Shown here piece by piece: positions 9,887 to 19,631 of a stretch of DNA of 64,000 nucleotides (positions are counted from its first letter, which is position 1; the number at the start of each line of letters is the position of its first letter). The stretch is from positions 2,336,001 through 2,400,000 of the forward strand of contig OZ241841.1 in NCBI GenBank assembly GCA_965202665.1. Reading direction: 5' to 3'. Source of the stretch: Candidatus Spongiisociaceae bacterium (GTDB taxonomy: Bacteria > Actinomycetota > Acidimicrobiia > Spongiisociales > Spongiisociaceae). The notes under the pieces are model-generated. The model was not told the DNA's origin. It saw only the letters and a list, made by a program, of their open reading frames with translations, and made no database searches. The translations under genes and the position numbers were made by a program.

Positions 9887-11770
9887 ATGACCCAAAACCC
9901 CAAATGGAAGTTCGCCGAAAACCAGGATGGTGCCATAGAAGGCCCGAACCATCCCGGCATCGCCAATTTTACGGGCGACCGGGCGACCGCCATTATCAGG
10001 GAAGCCATTCAGAACTCGCTGGATGCTAGGGAGGGTGATCGCCCCGTCTCTGTTATTTTCGAGAGGAAAATGTTGGATAGGAGTATTTTAGCGGCTGATG
10101 ATTTGTTGGAGCACATTGAATGGTCTATTGAATCCCCTGCCAACGATGATGAAAACAGGCCGGATTTCAAGAAAGCCCAAAGTCTATTGGGGGGGGGGGG
10201 TAGAGAAGTTACATGTCTCTGTATAACGGACAGCAATACAACCGGGGCCGTTGATACAGAAGAGGACACATCGCCATGGAAGGCTCTTACCAAAGGTTCC
10301 GGGTTTCCCCGTAAGGCTTCCAAAAGTGCTACCGGATCTTTTGGCATAGGAAAATTTGCTTCGTTCACTTCAACTTATCTACGAACAGTACTCTATTCTA
10401 CTGCTTTCCAAAACAACGGCAGGCTGGAACACAGGTTTCAAGGAAAAACGATTCTCGTTTCTCATAAAGACGGCAGTGGAAATCCATTGCAAAGTATAGG
10501 ATACCTCGGTGATGGATTCGACCCGCTGAAAGATCAAGAAGTTCTGGCTGAAGTAAAGAGACTTGAACCAGGAACCTCTTTGTATATCCCCTATTATAGT
10601 TTTGGTAAAATGAGGCAGTGGTTGCAGGATAGCACTAGCATAGTTTTGGAGAACTTTTTTCATGCTATTATCCATGGCAACTTGCAAGTTCAATTCAGGG
10701 ACTCTGTTGAAGATGCTTTTCCAACTAGAACTATAGACAAAAAAACAAGTAATAAATATCAGCGGGAAATAACAGGGGATAGCACAACATACAGGTTAAT
10801 GCAGGTTTCTAAAAAGAAACCGCTAGCGAAAAAGACCTTCCAAGATGTAGGTGATATTTCTATCCGAATTACTATAAATCCAGAAACTAGATGGAGGGAG
10901 ATCGGATTAGTACGGGATGCGGGAATGTTAATTACATCAGACAGAAAGAATATGTTCCCCAGCCTCAAGCGAATTCCTGCTCACTGGTGTGGGTTTACGG
11001 CAATAATTGAATGTCAATCCAAAGGGAAGTCCCTTTTACGCCAGGCAGAATCTCCCCGTCATGATCATATCTCAGCAGATTATATTAGAGGTGCAGATGT
11101 ACGGGCTAGTACCGAAGAGAAGTTTAAAGAAATAGGTGATTGGTGTTTAGAAGAAATTCGAAAATTAGCAGAGCCGGATCTAGGAAGCGAGTCAGTTAAT
11201 GTTGATGAACTTGCTCAGTTGTTAGGTGTTGGGGGTGATACTACTCTAGAAGCAGGTCAGGAAGTGCCTGATGAAGACGGAGATCCGGTGGTATCTGAGC
11301 CAGAAAAAGTCTTGCGGTCTCCCAATCAATACAAGAAAACATCCGTAAAGAAAGCTATTGAAGATTTAGTGGAAAGCATTGTTGATGATGAGACGGCTGA
11401 TGATGCGGAAGAAGTAGAACGAACTGACAAAAAAATAGATAAAAAAGCGGACAAGAAGCGTCAAGTGAGAGCAGTTCCTCAGTCTTATATAAAAACACGA
11501 TTTAGAACAGGATCAAAACCAACCCACTCTGTGATTGTATCTTTCGATCGTCCCGAAGGCAATCCCTCCAAAATTGAGTTAAATGCCATGGGTGAAGATG
11601 GTATCAGATATCTTATAGGTGTCAGTGAGGCAGTGTATGACGACAAATCTCTGTCAGTCGATAATGACCTTATTACTCTACCTGATACCACCCAGGAGCG
11701 CCAAAGTATTGAAATTTTTACTCGCGACCCTGTTCAAGGTAAATCATTCGATTTGAGATTCATAAAATGA
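9887..11770 (+). CDS. GHKL/HATPase-fold (MORC-like) ATPase, copy 1
   Basis: N-box REAIQNSLDA, G1 DSNTTG, G2 GSFGIGK; low GC; G12 tract at 10189-10200. Confidence 0.75.
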   Translation: MTQNPKWKFAENQDGAIEGPNHPGIANFTGDRATAIIREAIQNSLDAREGDRPVSVIFERKMLDRSILAADDLLEHIEWSIESPANDDENRPDFKKAQSLLGGGGREVTCLCITDSNTTGAVDTEEDTSPWKALTKGSGFPRKASKSATGSFGIGKFASFTSTYLRTVLYSTAFQNNGRLEHRFQGKTILVSHKDGSGNPLQSIGYLGDGFDPLKDQEVLAEVKRLEPGTSLYIPYYSFGKMRQWLQDSTSIVLENFFHAIIHGNLQVQFRDSVEDAFPTRTIDKKTSNKYQREITGDSTTYRLMQVSKKKPLAKKTFQDVGDISIRITINPETRWREIGLVRDAGMLITSDRKNMFPSLKRIPAHWCGFTAIIECQSKGKSLLRQAESPRHDHISADYIRGADVRASTEEKFKEIGDWCLEEIRKLAEPDLGSESVNVDELAQLLGVGGDTTLEAGQEVPDEDGDPVVSEPEKVLRSPNQYKKTSVKKAIEDLVESIVDDETADDAEEVERTDKKIDKKADKKRQVRAVPQSYIKTRFRTGSKPTHSVIVSFDRPEGNPSKIELNAMGEDGIRYLIGVSEAVYDDKSLSVDNDLITLPDTTQERQSIEIFTRDPVQGKSFDLRFIK

Positions 11771-12672
11771 AGCACGATCCCAATCGCCATTTTCTGTATC
11801 CGGTGGCTCGGCCATTGTCCGATGACTATCCGGATAGCAATATTACCGCTGATGTAAAGGCAAGCCTTGTATCAGATAGTGTGCAGATTACGGTCACATA
11901 CCAAGTTGACGATGCTTCCATCCGTCAGCAAGTGTTGGATTCCAAGGCGCGTTGTGTCGCCATGTTGTACTGCACGGACACGCTATATCGTCGCTCCATT
12001 CGAAAGACAGTTGATGGTAATCCCCTTGAGATAACGGATATAATCCCTCTGAATAGTTTACGAAATCGAGTGCAAGTGCACCCGGTCATTGTGGCTGATT
12101 GTGATATTGAAACACTTCCGCTTCAGACAGCGCATTCAGAATACAGAGGAATGTCTTTTAGCGTTAAGACAGGGCAACCTTTGGCTTTTGATTCTCCGAT
12201 GTATTTCAACGTTAATCCATCTCAAATGAAATTACAGAGCATTTTTAATTTAGTTACCGATACGGATGCTAGCAGGGTGCAGGCTGACGAATTTGAGATT
12301 GAGATGGATGCTACTCAACGATATATAAATATTATTGCCGACGAGGATACTATGTCTTGGTTTCAAGAGCTACGTCGCAATAGGAATATTACTTTTCCTA
12401 GTATTTATATGAGTGCATTGGTTACTGTACTATCGTATTTTAGAGAAATAGATGAAGGCAGTGATGAAGATATGCTCGACAAGATTTCTGCTGATGGATG
12501 GTTTTGGTGTATACGTAGGAAATTAGAAGATCAAAATATTACTTTGTCTGATGGTTCTAGTAAGGAACAAGTATCTTTAATCAAGGCAGCACAAAGTTTA
12601 CTAACAGTGCATCGTAATTCCCGCCCCTTTAAGCGTTTGCTTTGGCAGCAAGGAGTAGAGAGCGATGATTGA
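11767..12672 (+). CDS. Hypothetical protein coupled to GHKL ATPase 1
   Basis: ATGA overlap; N-terminal FLYPV..P.SDDYP; beta-rich then helical. Confidence 0.75.
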   Translation: MKHDPNRHFLYPVARPLSDDYPDSNITADVKASLVSDSVQITVTYQVDDASIRQQVLDSKARCVAMLYCTDTLYRRSIRKTVDGNPLEITDIIPLNSLRNRVQVHPVIVADCDIETLPLQTAHSEYRGMSFSVKTGQPLAFDSPMYFNVNPSQMKLQSIFNLVTDTDASRVQADEFEIEMDATQRYINIIADEDTMSWFQELRRNRNITFPSIYMSALVTVLSYFREIDEGSDEDMLDKISADGWFWCIRRKLEDQNITLSDGSSKEQVSLIKAAQSLLTVHRNSRPFKRLLWQQGVESDD

Positions 12673-13447
12673 AAACATCCCGTACATTAATGAGGTCGGC
12701 AATCAGATTTTGGAACGTCTTGTTCTGACTGATCCTAGTCTCTTTTTCGGAGGAAGGCATCTAAGAGACAAGCTGGAGGATTTGGCTGGTGACTTAGGTG
12801 AGTCTCCGTATTCTAACAAATCCATCAATCTTGAGACATCACTTGCACCGCTAAATCAGATTCGCGAGGATGGCCCAGGTACGGATGCGGATAATGCTCC
12901 GATACTTCGTCAGGCATTGTCCAGTGTGTCTCCTGCTGAGGCATCTGATGGCTTGCTATGGGCTTCCATCAACTGCTTTGCTTTGTCCCCCTATATTCCC
13001 GTTAGGTGGGGTACATCATCATTGAGGAGAGATGATCTGCAAAACACCGCTTTTGTAAAAAGGCACTGGCTTTGGCAGGGAACTGCAGGTAGAACCTGGA
13101 ATGCGTCTGCTCGGCTTTGGTGGCTGGCGGAATTGGCAACCCGCGCCAGCGAATATTCTAGAAATTCGGTTGAGACACTACTAGAAGCAATGGGAAACAA
13201 TGTGGGTTTATATCATCAACTGACCTCTCGTACGTTTCTGGCGGCAAATCCCCAGGTGGTGGCCGCGATTTATGATGTCGCTTTAGACGGAAGCCGACAT
13301 GTTTTTGAAAAAGCATACGCCAACCAGTTGATGAAGGCTTTGAATATGAGGGCGGGGAATATTAGTTTTGATGTTTTTGATTATGACGAGTTATATACGA
13401 TTGTTGAAAGTTGTTTGCCCCCAAAAGAACGGGGGGCCACCGACTAA
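12665..13447 (+). CDS. DUF6339-like protein 1
   Basis: LWASINCF...Y...RW...RTWNASARLWW motif; clearly paralogous to the three genes at 18059-20411. Confidence 0.7.
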   Translation: MIENIPYINEVGNQILERLVLTDPSLFFGGRHLRDKLEDLAGDLGESPYSNKSINLETSLAPLNQIREDGPGTDADNAPILRQALSSVSPAEASDGLLWASINCFALSPYIPVRWGTSSLRRDDLQNTAFVKRHWLWQGTAGRTWNASARLWWLAELATRASEYSRNSVETLLEAMGNNVGLYHQLTSRTFLAANPQVVAAIYDVALDGSRHVFEKAYANQLMKALNMRAGNISFDVFDYDELYTIVESCLPPKERGATD

Positions 13448-14289
13448 GGTCGGCCGCCCCTCCTGCGTTGCGGGTCGTTAGTTTGGGCGGGGGGATACAG
13501 AGCACCGTTATGTGCCTGCTGGCCGAGCAGGGGGCGTTCGGGGTCAAGCCGGATGTGGCCCTCTTCGCCGACACCGGGTGGGAGCCGCAGGGGGTGTATG
13601 ACACGGTGGAATGGTTGCGGTCGCAGGTTTCTTTTCCGATAGAAACAATCAGCAACGGGCGAAGCCTGCGGGAAGATGTTCGCGATGGGGTGAACGCGCA
13701 AGGCCAACCCTGGTTGACCATCCCGGCGTTTCTGGCCGAACGCAACGGCGACCCGGCGGGCATCAACTGGCGGCAATGCACCAAAAACTACAAGTTGGAT
13801 CCGATCCGGACCGCGGTGCGAAGGATGCTCGGCGTCCGTCCCCGGCAGATGCTGTCCTCAGACACCAACGTGGAAATGTGGCTGGGGATTTCCACCGACG
13901 AGATTATGCGGGCCAAGCCCAACCGCGAATGGTGGATCAAGCACCGGTTCCCGCTGATTGACGATGTGCCCATGTCCCGTCGGGAATGTCAAGCCTGGTT
14001 TGAGGAAAGGTACCCGGACCGCACCCTGTCCCGAAGCGCCTGCGTGGGATGCCCGTTTCGCAGCACGGCCAGCTGGCTGGAAGTGCGGGAAAGCGACCCC
14101 GACCTGTTTGAGGAAGCGGTGCGGATGGACGCCCAACTGCGCTCATCCGGCCACAACGCCGCCAAGATGTTCCGCAAACGGGCCTTCCTCCACCACCGCC
14201 GAATACCCCTCGCCGAAGCCATCCAAGCAGACCAAGCGGAAGAAGAAGATCACTTCATAAACGAATGCGAAGGCCACTGCGCCCTGTAA
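13411..14289 (+). CDS. PP-loop adenine-nucleotide alpha-hydrolase (PAPS reductase/DndC-like) with Cys clusters
   Basis: SLGGGIQST, FADTGWE, RQCT, LGISTDE, SACVGCPF, C-terminal ECEGHC; start uncertain, possibly reached by -1 frameshift. Confidence 0.75.
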   Translation: MFAPKRTGGHRLRSAAPPALRVVSLGGGIQSTVMCLLAEQGAFGVKPDVALFADTGWEPQGVYDTVEWLRSQVSFPIETISNGRSLREDVRDGVNAQGQPWLTIPAFLAERNGDPAGINWRQCTKNYKLDPIRTAVRRMLGVRPRQMLSSDTNVEMWLGISTDEIMRAKPNREWWIKHRFPLIDDVPMSRRECQAWFEERYPDRTLSRSACVGCPFRSTASWLEVRESDPDLFEEAVRMDAQLRSSGHNAAKMFRKRAFLHHRRIPLAEAIQADQAEEEDHFINECEGHCAL

Positions 14290-14311
14290 GGATAAAACCT
14301 TCTTGGTGTTC

Positions 14312-15172
14312 CTATGATTCGATACGCCCTGTGGAGCACATTTGTATAAGCTTTTCCATCGGATAGGTGGAGAAGTCCACCACCGGTGCCAACCTTCCCA
14401 GCCATCCTAGCCGATCTTCGACATTTTCTTGCCTGCTACGGTTGTTGTTGGCCACAGGCTTTTCCCTATCAAATGATAGAAGTGCCGCTACTAGCACCTG
14501 GGGGCTATTTAGGACAGCCAAGCGTCTCACCAACACACCCACAACTCCTCTCCAAACCGCTGAACCGTGTAATATCTTGTGTGCCTCATCAGAGGTGAGA
14601 TGTCCATCGGAAGCCTCTGCTACCCGGTCAGCCATGTGCGGTCTCCACCAAGCCTGTGCTATCGGGCAGTTAAAAACCGATACTGATCCACGTACATGAG
14701 AAAGGCCGCCTATTCGCCAGCCGATGAAGCGGGCTAAACTGTCATCATCGTCCATATTGTTTCCCGCTGTAGTCGTTATCCAGTCAGAGGGGACATATCC
14801 CTTCTCCCACCACAAGAGGGAAAGTGCCGTCCAAAGGGCAGGCCGGGAGGCTGCCGTTGGCACCACCGTTGGGGTCAGGGTTTGGTAAATCTCCCTTTCC
14901 AGTTCTACCGACGCGGCTCCCGTGAACTCTTTTGCCGACAGATTCTGGGGCAAAAGTGGAGGAGTGCCGCCTTCCAGGCCGTCTAGGCCAGAATTGACCC
15001 CCAGTTGGTCGAGCAGAATATCCAGTGCCTCCCCCGACCGGGCCGCTTCTGCCAGCAGTTGCGCCTTCTCCGTGGTCGCCCCTTCTCTAGTACTTCCTTT
15101 TGGCGTCGTCGCCATCCACCATTTTTGGCACGCCTCGTCAAAAACCCCGGTCGCTCGCAAGTAATCGGACAT
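14312..15172 (-). CDS. Divergent DUF6339-like protein (third gene of the inverted triad)
   Basis: AASRPALWTALS...CPIAQAWW resembles the EASDGLLW...ARLWW pattern; same operon position as 12665-13447. Confidence 0.55.
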   Translation of the reverse strand: MSDYLRATGVFDEACQKWWMATTPKGSTREGATTEKAQLLAEAARSGEALDILLDQLGVNSGLDGLEGGTPPLLPQNLSAKEFTGAASVELEREIYQTLTPTVVPTAASRPALWTALSLLWWEKGYVPSDWITTTAGNNMDDDDSLARFIGWRIGGLSHVRGSVSVFNCPIAQAWWRPHMADRVAEASDGHLTSDEAHKILHGSAVWRGVVGVLVRRLAVLNSPQVLVAALLSFDREKPVANNNRSRQENVEDRLGWLGRLAPVVDFSTYPMEKLIQMCSTGRIES

Positions 15173-16002
15173 CACTCCTCCATCCCCTCCGGCAGAAGCA
15201 TGAAAGCTTCCAAGCAGGTGGCAGCCTGCGCTGGGTCGTAATCTTCGTCCATCCAAGTAGGGACGTTTGCCTTTTGCAGGTGGGCGGCCATTTCCCCCAA
15301 CACTTGTGAGCCAGCAGGGTCGTCGCTTTTCTTAAGGCGAGCCAATGCCCCCACTAGGGCGGCGATCATGATGCCGCTTCGCCTTTCCCTTTTTACGCTC
15401 TGCAAAGTTGCCTGAGTCATGAAAACCTTGAAGTGGTAATAGGGGTCCGGGTCGGCGACTCGGATTTCCCCATTCCTTGTCATTTGCTTATCTACTACGA
15501 ATTCCAATATGGAGGCAACCGCCTCCTCCAGCGCAAACACTTCCCCTCGGGCCACCACCCGTCCTGGGGGGATGGTAAGCGAAGAAGCCCCATCTTGCCA
15601 CACAAAGCTCAACATTTCCTTTGATAAGATTATCTGCCCATGGGCGCACAGTTGCGTGATGAGGAAGGGGCGCGCCGTGCAATGGGCCGGGTCCCACTTC
15701 ACGGAGTACTCCCAAATACTCCTTTCAGCATCCGTACCTTCTTCCTCCAAACTATGAGTTACCGTCAGGTCGTCAAGTCGGTAAGTCGCGTATTCGGAGT
15801 AAAGGGTATGGGGGGATCGTATTTCGGAGACCCACGCCCCATTGTCCCAGACGGCTCTCGTGAAAGGGCCGACATCGGGGCCGCTCAGAATATTCACAAC
15901 CCGCGCTTCGCTTTCACCTGTTCTCTCGAAGGTGTTGCTGTAGGAAACACCGGGGAAGTCGTAACCCAAGCCGTCGGCTCGTAACATCGGACGGTGGATC
16001 AT
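15172..16002 (-). CDS. Hypothetical protein coupled to GHKL ATPase 2
   Basis: ATGA overlap; MIHRPMLRADGLGYDFP; positional counterpart of 11767-12672 (shared TLY motif and ALV helix). Confidence 0.65.
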   Translation of the reverse strand: MIHRPMLRADGLGYDFPGVSYSNTFERTGESEARVVNILSGPDVGPFTRAVWDNGAWVSEIRSPHTLYSEYATYRLDDLTVTHSLEEEGTDAERSIWEYSVKWDPAHCTARPFLITQLCAHGQIILSKEMLSFVWQDGASSLTIPPGRVVARGEVFALEEAVASILEFVVDKQMTRNGEIRVADPDPYYHFKVFMTQATLQSVKRERRSGIMIAALVGALARLKKSDDPAGSQVLGEMAAHLQKANVPTWMDEDYDPAQAATCLEAFMLLPEGMEE

Positions 16003-17903
16003 GGCCGCCTCTTTACGATGTCAAGGGCCAGCGGCCCGCGTCCGCGCTCGACGGGAATAGTCATTTCTATCTGGAATCTATGCAAGTCGGTGGGAACCAG
16101 CACCTCGAACGGGCCCATCTTCTTCAAGCCCGGGGAGCCGGGGGATATGCGGCAAAATTCCGGCCGCGGTGAGGAGTCGCAGGTTTCATCTCCGCCGGTG
16201 GCGCGAATTACCCGCACCCCCAACACCTCCTCTTTGTGCTGGCCGAGTTCCACTTGTATCGCTCTAATGTTGCCGTCCCGGCTATCGCCGAGCACTATCT
16301 CGCCGAAGGCGAAAGGCACCGAGATGGACTTCCCCGGCCGGGCGGTTGTATCTTCCTCCGTTGGTATGATGGGCCGCGGATGGGGGCCCGGACCGGGTCC
16401 GGGACCGGGTTCGGGCTCCGGTTCACCTGGTTCCAACCACGGGGTCTCCCCTTCGCCTTCGCCGGGAGTCCAGACCGGGGGACGCGGGGGGAGGGGACGC
16501 GGCCGCGGCCGCTCCGTTCCTTCTCCGTACGCGGCGAAACCGGTTGGCCGCCAGGAATCCCCGGTTACGCTCTCCGCCTCCGCTAGCAGAATATTCAGTA
16601 TCTCGTCCAGCATCCCCTTGAGTTCTTCTTTGTCCTCTTTAGGGAGGTTGGGGAGGTTGATGTCGTAATGCTCCGCCCCTTCGGAACGGCGTACCAGTTC
16701 GGAGAACCGCCGCCCATTTTCCGGGTCGGCCAGCACTACCGCGTCGAAACGTTCACGGTCGGCAAAATGGCCGGTAGGGTAATGGCTGTTGGTGATCCAC
16801 ATCCCCTCTCGGAAAAAGTTGACGCGGGTGCGGCCCCTATCCGTGTCATCCAGCTTTCGAAACAGGATGGTCGCCGTTTCCGAGGACAGTTGTTTTCCCT
16901 GATTGAGAGTGCGCCACGCCCGGTGCGCCATCCCCTCGGGGAACCGCCATCGCTCGGAGCGAACAATGTATCCGTCCTTTGACAAAGCCTTCCCCACCGA
17001 GTTCGGCGAGTCAAGCGTAATGCTTCTCTTCTCGTCTTTTACTTCCACCGCTATACGACCGTCGCAGATGGCGGGTGCGAAGTGGGCGGCGGCGGTGCGG
17101 GCGATGTAACGAAGCGCTTCGCCTGTTTCGGGGGGCTCTCCGAAGTGGTTGAAGCCCAGTATGGCCACCACCGTTCCGGTCTTGGCGGTTCCGGTCTCGG
17201 TTATGCGGTCAATATCCGGTTTGACAAGGGCGGGCGACTGGGAGACGTACTGGAAGGGAGAATCGAACATGCCGATTTTGTTTGGGTTGTCGCCTATGGC
17301 CAACGTTCCTTTGTGACTGCGGGTCTTTTGCTCCCCCCGCGGCAGGTGGGCGGCCAGCAGGCATCGCCCGGAGACAATCGGACCTTCGGGGCCGCGGGAT
17401 CCGTATATGACGTAGCGCAGGTCGGAGGCCCCGAAGGCGGTCAGGTGCCCCAACCCGACCGAGCCAGCCCCATGATCGGTTTTGGTGGTGTTTCCCTCCG
17501 ACAGCAGGCGGCTCATCGTATCGTCCGTCAGCCCTTGGCCGTCGTCTCGGCAAACCAACACCCACATCTCTCCGTCTTTGTCCCCCAGCACATCCTCGAT
17601 TCGGTTGGCGACCGTATTGTCGGTTTCGGAAAACCTGCCTGCCTCCTTGCGGTTGCGGACCACATCCTCAAAGGCCCGCTTGTATCCGCTCAAATCAGGG
17701 ATTTGCGATATCGGGACGCGGCGGATGGAGATGGAAACATCCACCCGCTGTCCGTTCTCGCGGGCGTCTAAGCAGTTTTGGAGCAACTCGCGAATTACCG
17801 GCTCGGCGTAGCCGCGCAAGGCGCGGTCGGCGTCGGCGGAGGCAAAGCCGGACTGGTCGGTGGGGTCTGGTGGGAAAATCAGCCGGGGGGTATGGGCGGT
17901 CAT
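15999..17903 (-). CDS. GHKL/HATPase-fold (MORC-like) ATPase, copy 2
   Basis: RELLQNCLDA, DDGQG, GSVGLGH; Pro/Gly linker before the C-terminal domain. Confidence 0.75.
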   Translation of the reverse strand: MTAHTPRLIFPPDPTDQSGFASADADRALRGYAEPVIRELLQNCLDARENGQRVDVSISIRRVPISQIPDLSGYKRAFEDVVRNRKEAGRFSETDNTVANRIEDVLGDKDGEMWVLVCRDDGQGLTDDTMSRLLSEGNTTKTDHGAGSVGLGHLTAFGASDLRYVIYGSRGPEGPIVSGRCLLAAHLPRGEQKTRSHKGTLAIGDNPNKIGMFDSPFQYVSQSPALVKPDIDRITETGTAKTGTVVAILGFNHFGEPPETGEALRYIARTAAAHFAPAICDGRIAVEVKDEKRSITLDSPNSVGKALSKDGYIVRSERWRFPEGMAHRAWRTLNQGKQLSSETATILFRKLDDTDRGRTRVNFFREGMWITNSHYPTGHFADRERFDAVVLADPENGRRFSELVRRSEGAEHYDINLPNLPKEDKEELKGMLDEILNILLAEAESVTGDSWRPTGFAAYGEGTERPRPRPLPPRPPVWTPGEGEGETPWLEPGEPEPEPGPGPGPGPHPRPIIPTEEDTTARPGKSISVPFAFGEIVLGDSRDGNIRAIQVELGQHKEEVLGVRVIRATGGDETCDSSPRPEFCRISPGSPGLKKMGPFEVLVPTDLHRFQIEMTIPVERGRGPLALDIVKRRP

Positions 17904-18058
17904 GTCCTTCCTTGTTGCGGAGGGCACGCAGTATACTTCCGCAGATTGTTCGGGGGAAAATCGGCGCATGGTTTGGCGCGTCGCCGGGTGTTGTGTTATA
18001 TTTGCGGGACTCCGGATGGCGGTTGCCCTGCCGGAGCGAGGCCGAAGGATTAGCTGAT

Positions 18059-18844
18059 ATGTTCAACAATGTTCTCAAACTCAACCAGAGCGGATACCAT
18101 ATTTTGGAGGAGTTAGCTGAGATTGTACCCTATATTTTCATAGAAGGGGGTACTAGGCTACTTAAGAAGAGTTTAGATTTTTTGGCCGCCAAACGGAACG
18201 AGCGGCCTTTTGATCCCCGCGACATCAAATTGAAGGTTCCGCTTGATACGTTGAATACCCAAATCACCGAGGAAGGACCCGGCACGGATGCCGATTTTGT
18301 TCCTCTGATACGCCAGGCGACAGCCGGTATTGCGATGGACCAAATCGATCAAAAGATGTTTTGGACTTCTATAAACTGCTTGGTTTTGTCACCCTATATC
18401 GCCGAACGATGGTCCACTAGTCATTTGCTCAAAAAAGAACCGAACAGGTTCGTCCAAAAACATTGGTTCTGGATGGGCACAGAAAGCAGATGTTGGAACG
18501 CATCCGCCCGATTGTGGTGGTTAGGGGAGATGTCGCTCCGGGCATCAGAGTTTTCCATTCACTCCACCGACACGCTGTTGAGAGTTATGGCGGGCAATGT
18601 AGGGTTGTATCATCAACTAATGTCACGTTCCTATGCAGTTAACGATCCGGTTTTGACAGCGGCTATTTACGACACAGCCTTGGCGGGAAATAAGCAGTTG
18701 TTCCAAACCGATAACGCCAACGAACTCTTTAAAAATCTCAAAGCCAAGGCGGGTACTTTCAACGGTTTAGACTATTATGAACTATGTCAGATAGTGGAAA
18801 ATAGCTTACCCGATACTTCTATGAGAACTGAGGATCGGCAGTGA
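18059..18844 (+). CDS. DUF6339-like protein 3
   Basis: FWTSINCL...RCWNASARLWW. Confidence 0.7.
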   Translation: MFNNVLKLNQSGYHILEELAEIVPYIFIEGGTRLLKKSLDFLAAKRNERPFDPRDIKLKVPLDTLNTQITEEGPGTDADFVPLIRQATAGIAMDQIDQKMFWTSINCLVLSPYIAERWSTSHLLKKEPNRFVQKHWFWMGTESRCWNASARLWWLGEMSLRASEFSIHSTDTLLRVMAGNVGLYHQLMSRSYAVNDPVLTAAIYDTALAGNKQLFQTDNANELFKNLKAKAGTFNGLDYYELCQIVENSLPDTSMRTEDRQ

Positions 18845-19602
18845 GTTTGAAAAACATTCCTCGCCTAAACGATAACGGATATCGCATTTTAGATGAAATG
18901 GCTGATAGCGCGCCTCATATTTTCACGTCGGGAGATACCGCTCAACTGATAGAAGAGTTGGAACAGAGGGCCCAACAACAGGGCGTACCGCCATATGTTG
19001 ATTCAAGGATCAACTTGAAGGTTTCTCTTGACCCCTTGAATCGGGTGGATAGGAAAGGGCCTTCCACCGATGCCCGCAACGTACCGATATTACGCCGAGC
19101 GGTTGCCGGAATTTCATCTGAACAGGCTGATCAGGGCTTATTTTGGACTTCCATAAGCTGTTTCCTGTTGTCTCCGTATATTTCACAACGCTGGAGTACC
19201 AAAAAACCTACTAGATTCGTCAAAAGGCATTTGCTGTGGATTGGGAAAAAGGGCAGGATTTCGAACTCTGCCGCTCGGCTGTGGTGGTTGGGAGAGATGG
19301 CCCTTCGCTCCTCCGAGTTTTCCATACATTCTTCTCGTACTTTACTCACTGTTATGGCAAATAATACAGGACTGTATCACGCTATTATGGATCGTAAATT
19401 TGCTTCTAACCCGGTTTTGGTAGCTGCCATATACGACACGGCTTTGGCTGGAAAAACCTATCTTCTCTACAAGGAACATGCTAACGACCTCTGTATAAAA
19501 CTTCGTGCCAAGGCTGACACCTATAATGTTTTAGACTATTATGAACTATACCAAATAGTGGAAAACTGCTTGCCCCTCAAAGCACCCCGATCACCTCGGT
19601 AA
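18841..19602 (+). CDS. DUF6339-like protein 4
   Basis: FWTSISCF...SNSAARLWW; GTGA overlap. Confidence 0.7.
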   Translation: MSLKNIPRLNDNGYRILDEMADSAPHIFTSGDTAQLIEELEQRAQQQGVPPYVDSRINLKVSLDPLNRVDRKGPSTDARNVPILRRAVAGISSEQADQGLFWTSISCFLLSPYISQRWSTKKPTRFVKRHLLWIGKKGRISNSAARLWWLGEMALRSSEFSIHSSRTLLTVMANNTGLYHAIMDRKFASNPVLVAAIYDTALAGKTYLLYKEHANDLCIKLRAKADTYNVLDYYELYQIVENCLPLKAPRSPR

Positions 19603-19631
19603 GTTGCCCGTACAGCGGTTAAGGTTAAGCA

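Noticed and set aside
13411-14289. Housekeeping cysH or a canonical Dnd/Ssp phosphorothioation locus
   Set aside because: No sulfate-assimilation genes and no DndA/B/D/E or SspB/C/E recognisable nearby; only family-level PP-loop similarity is supported.
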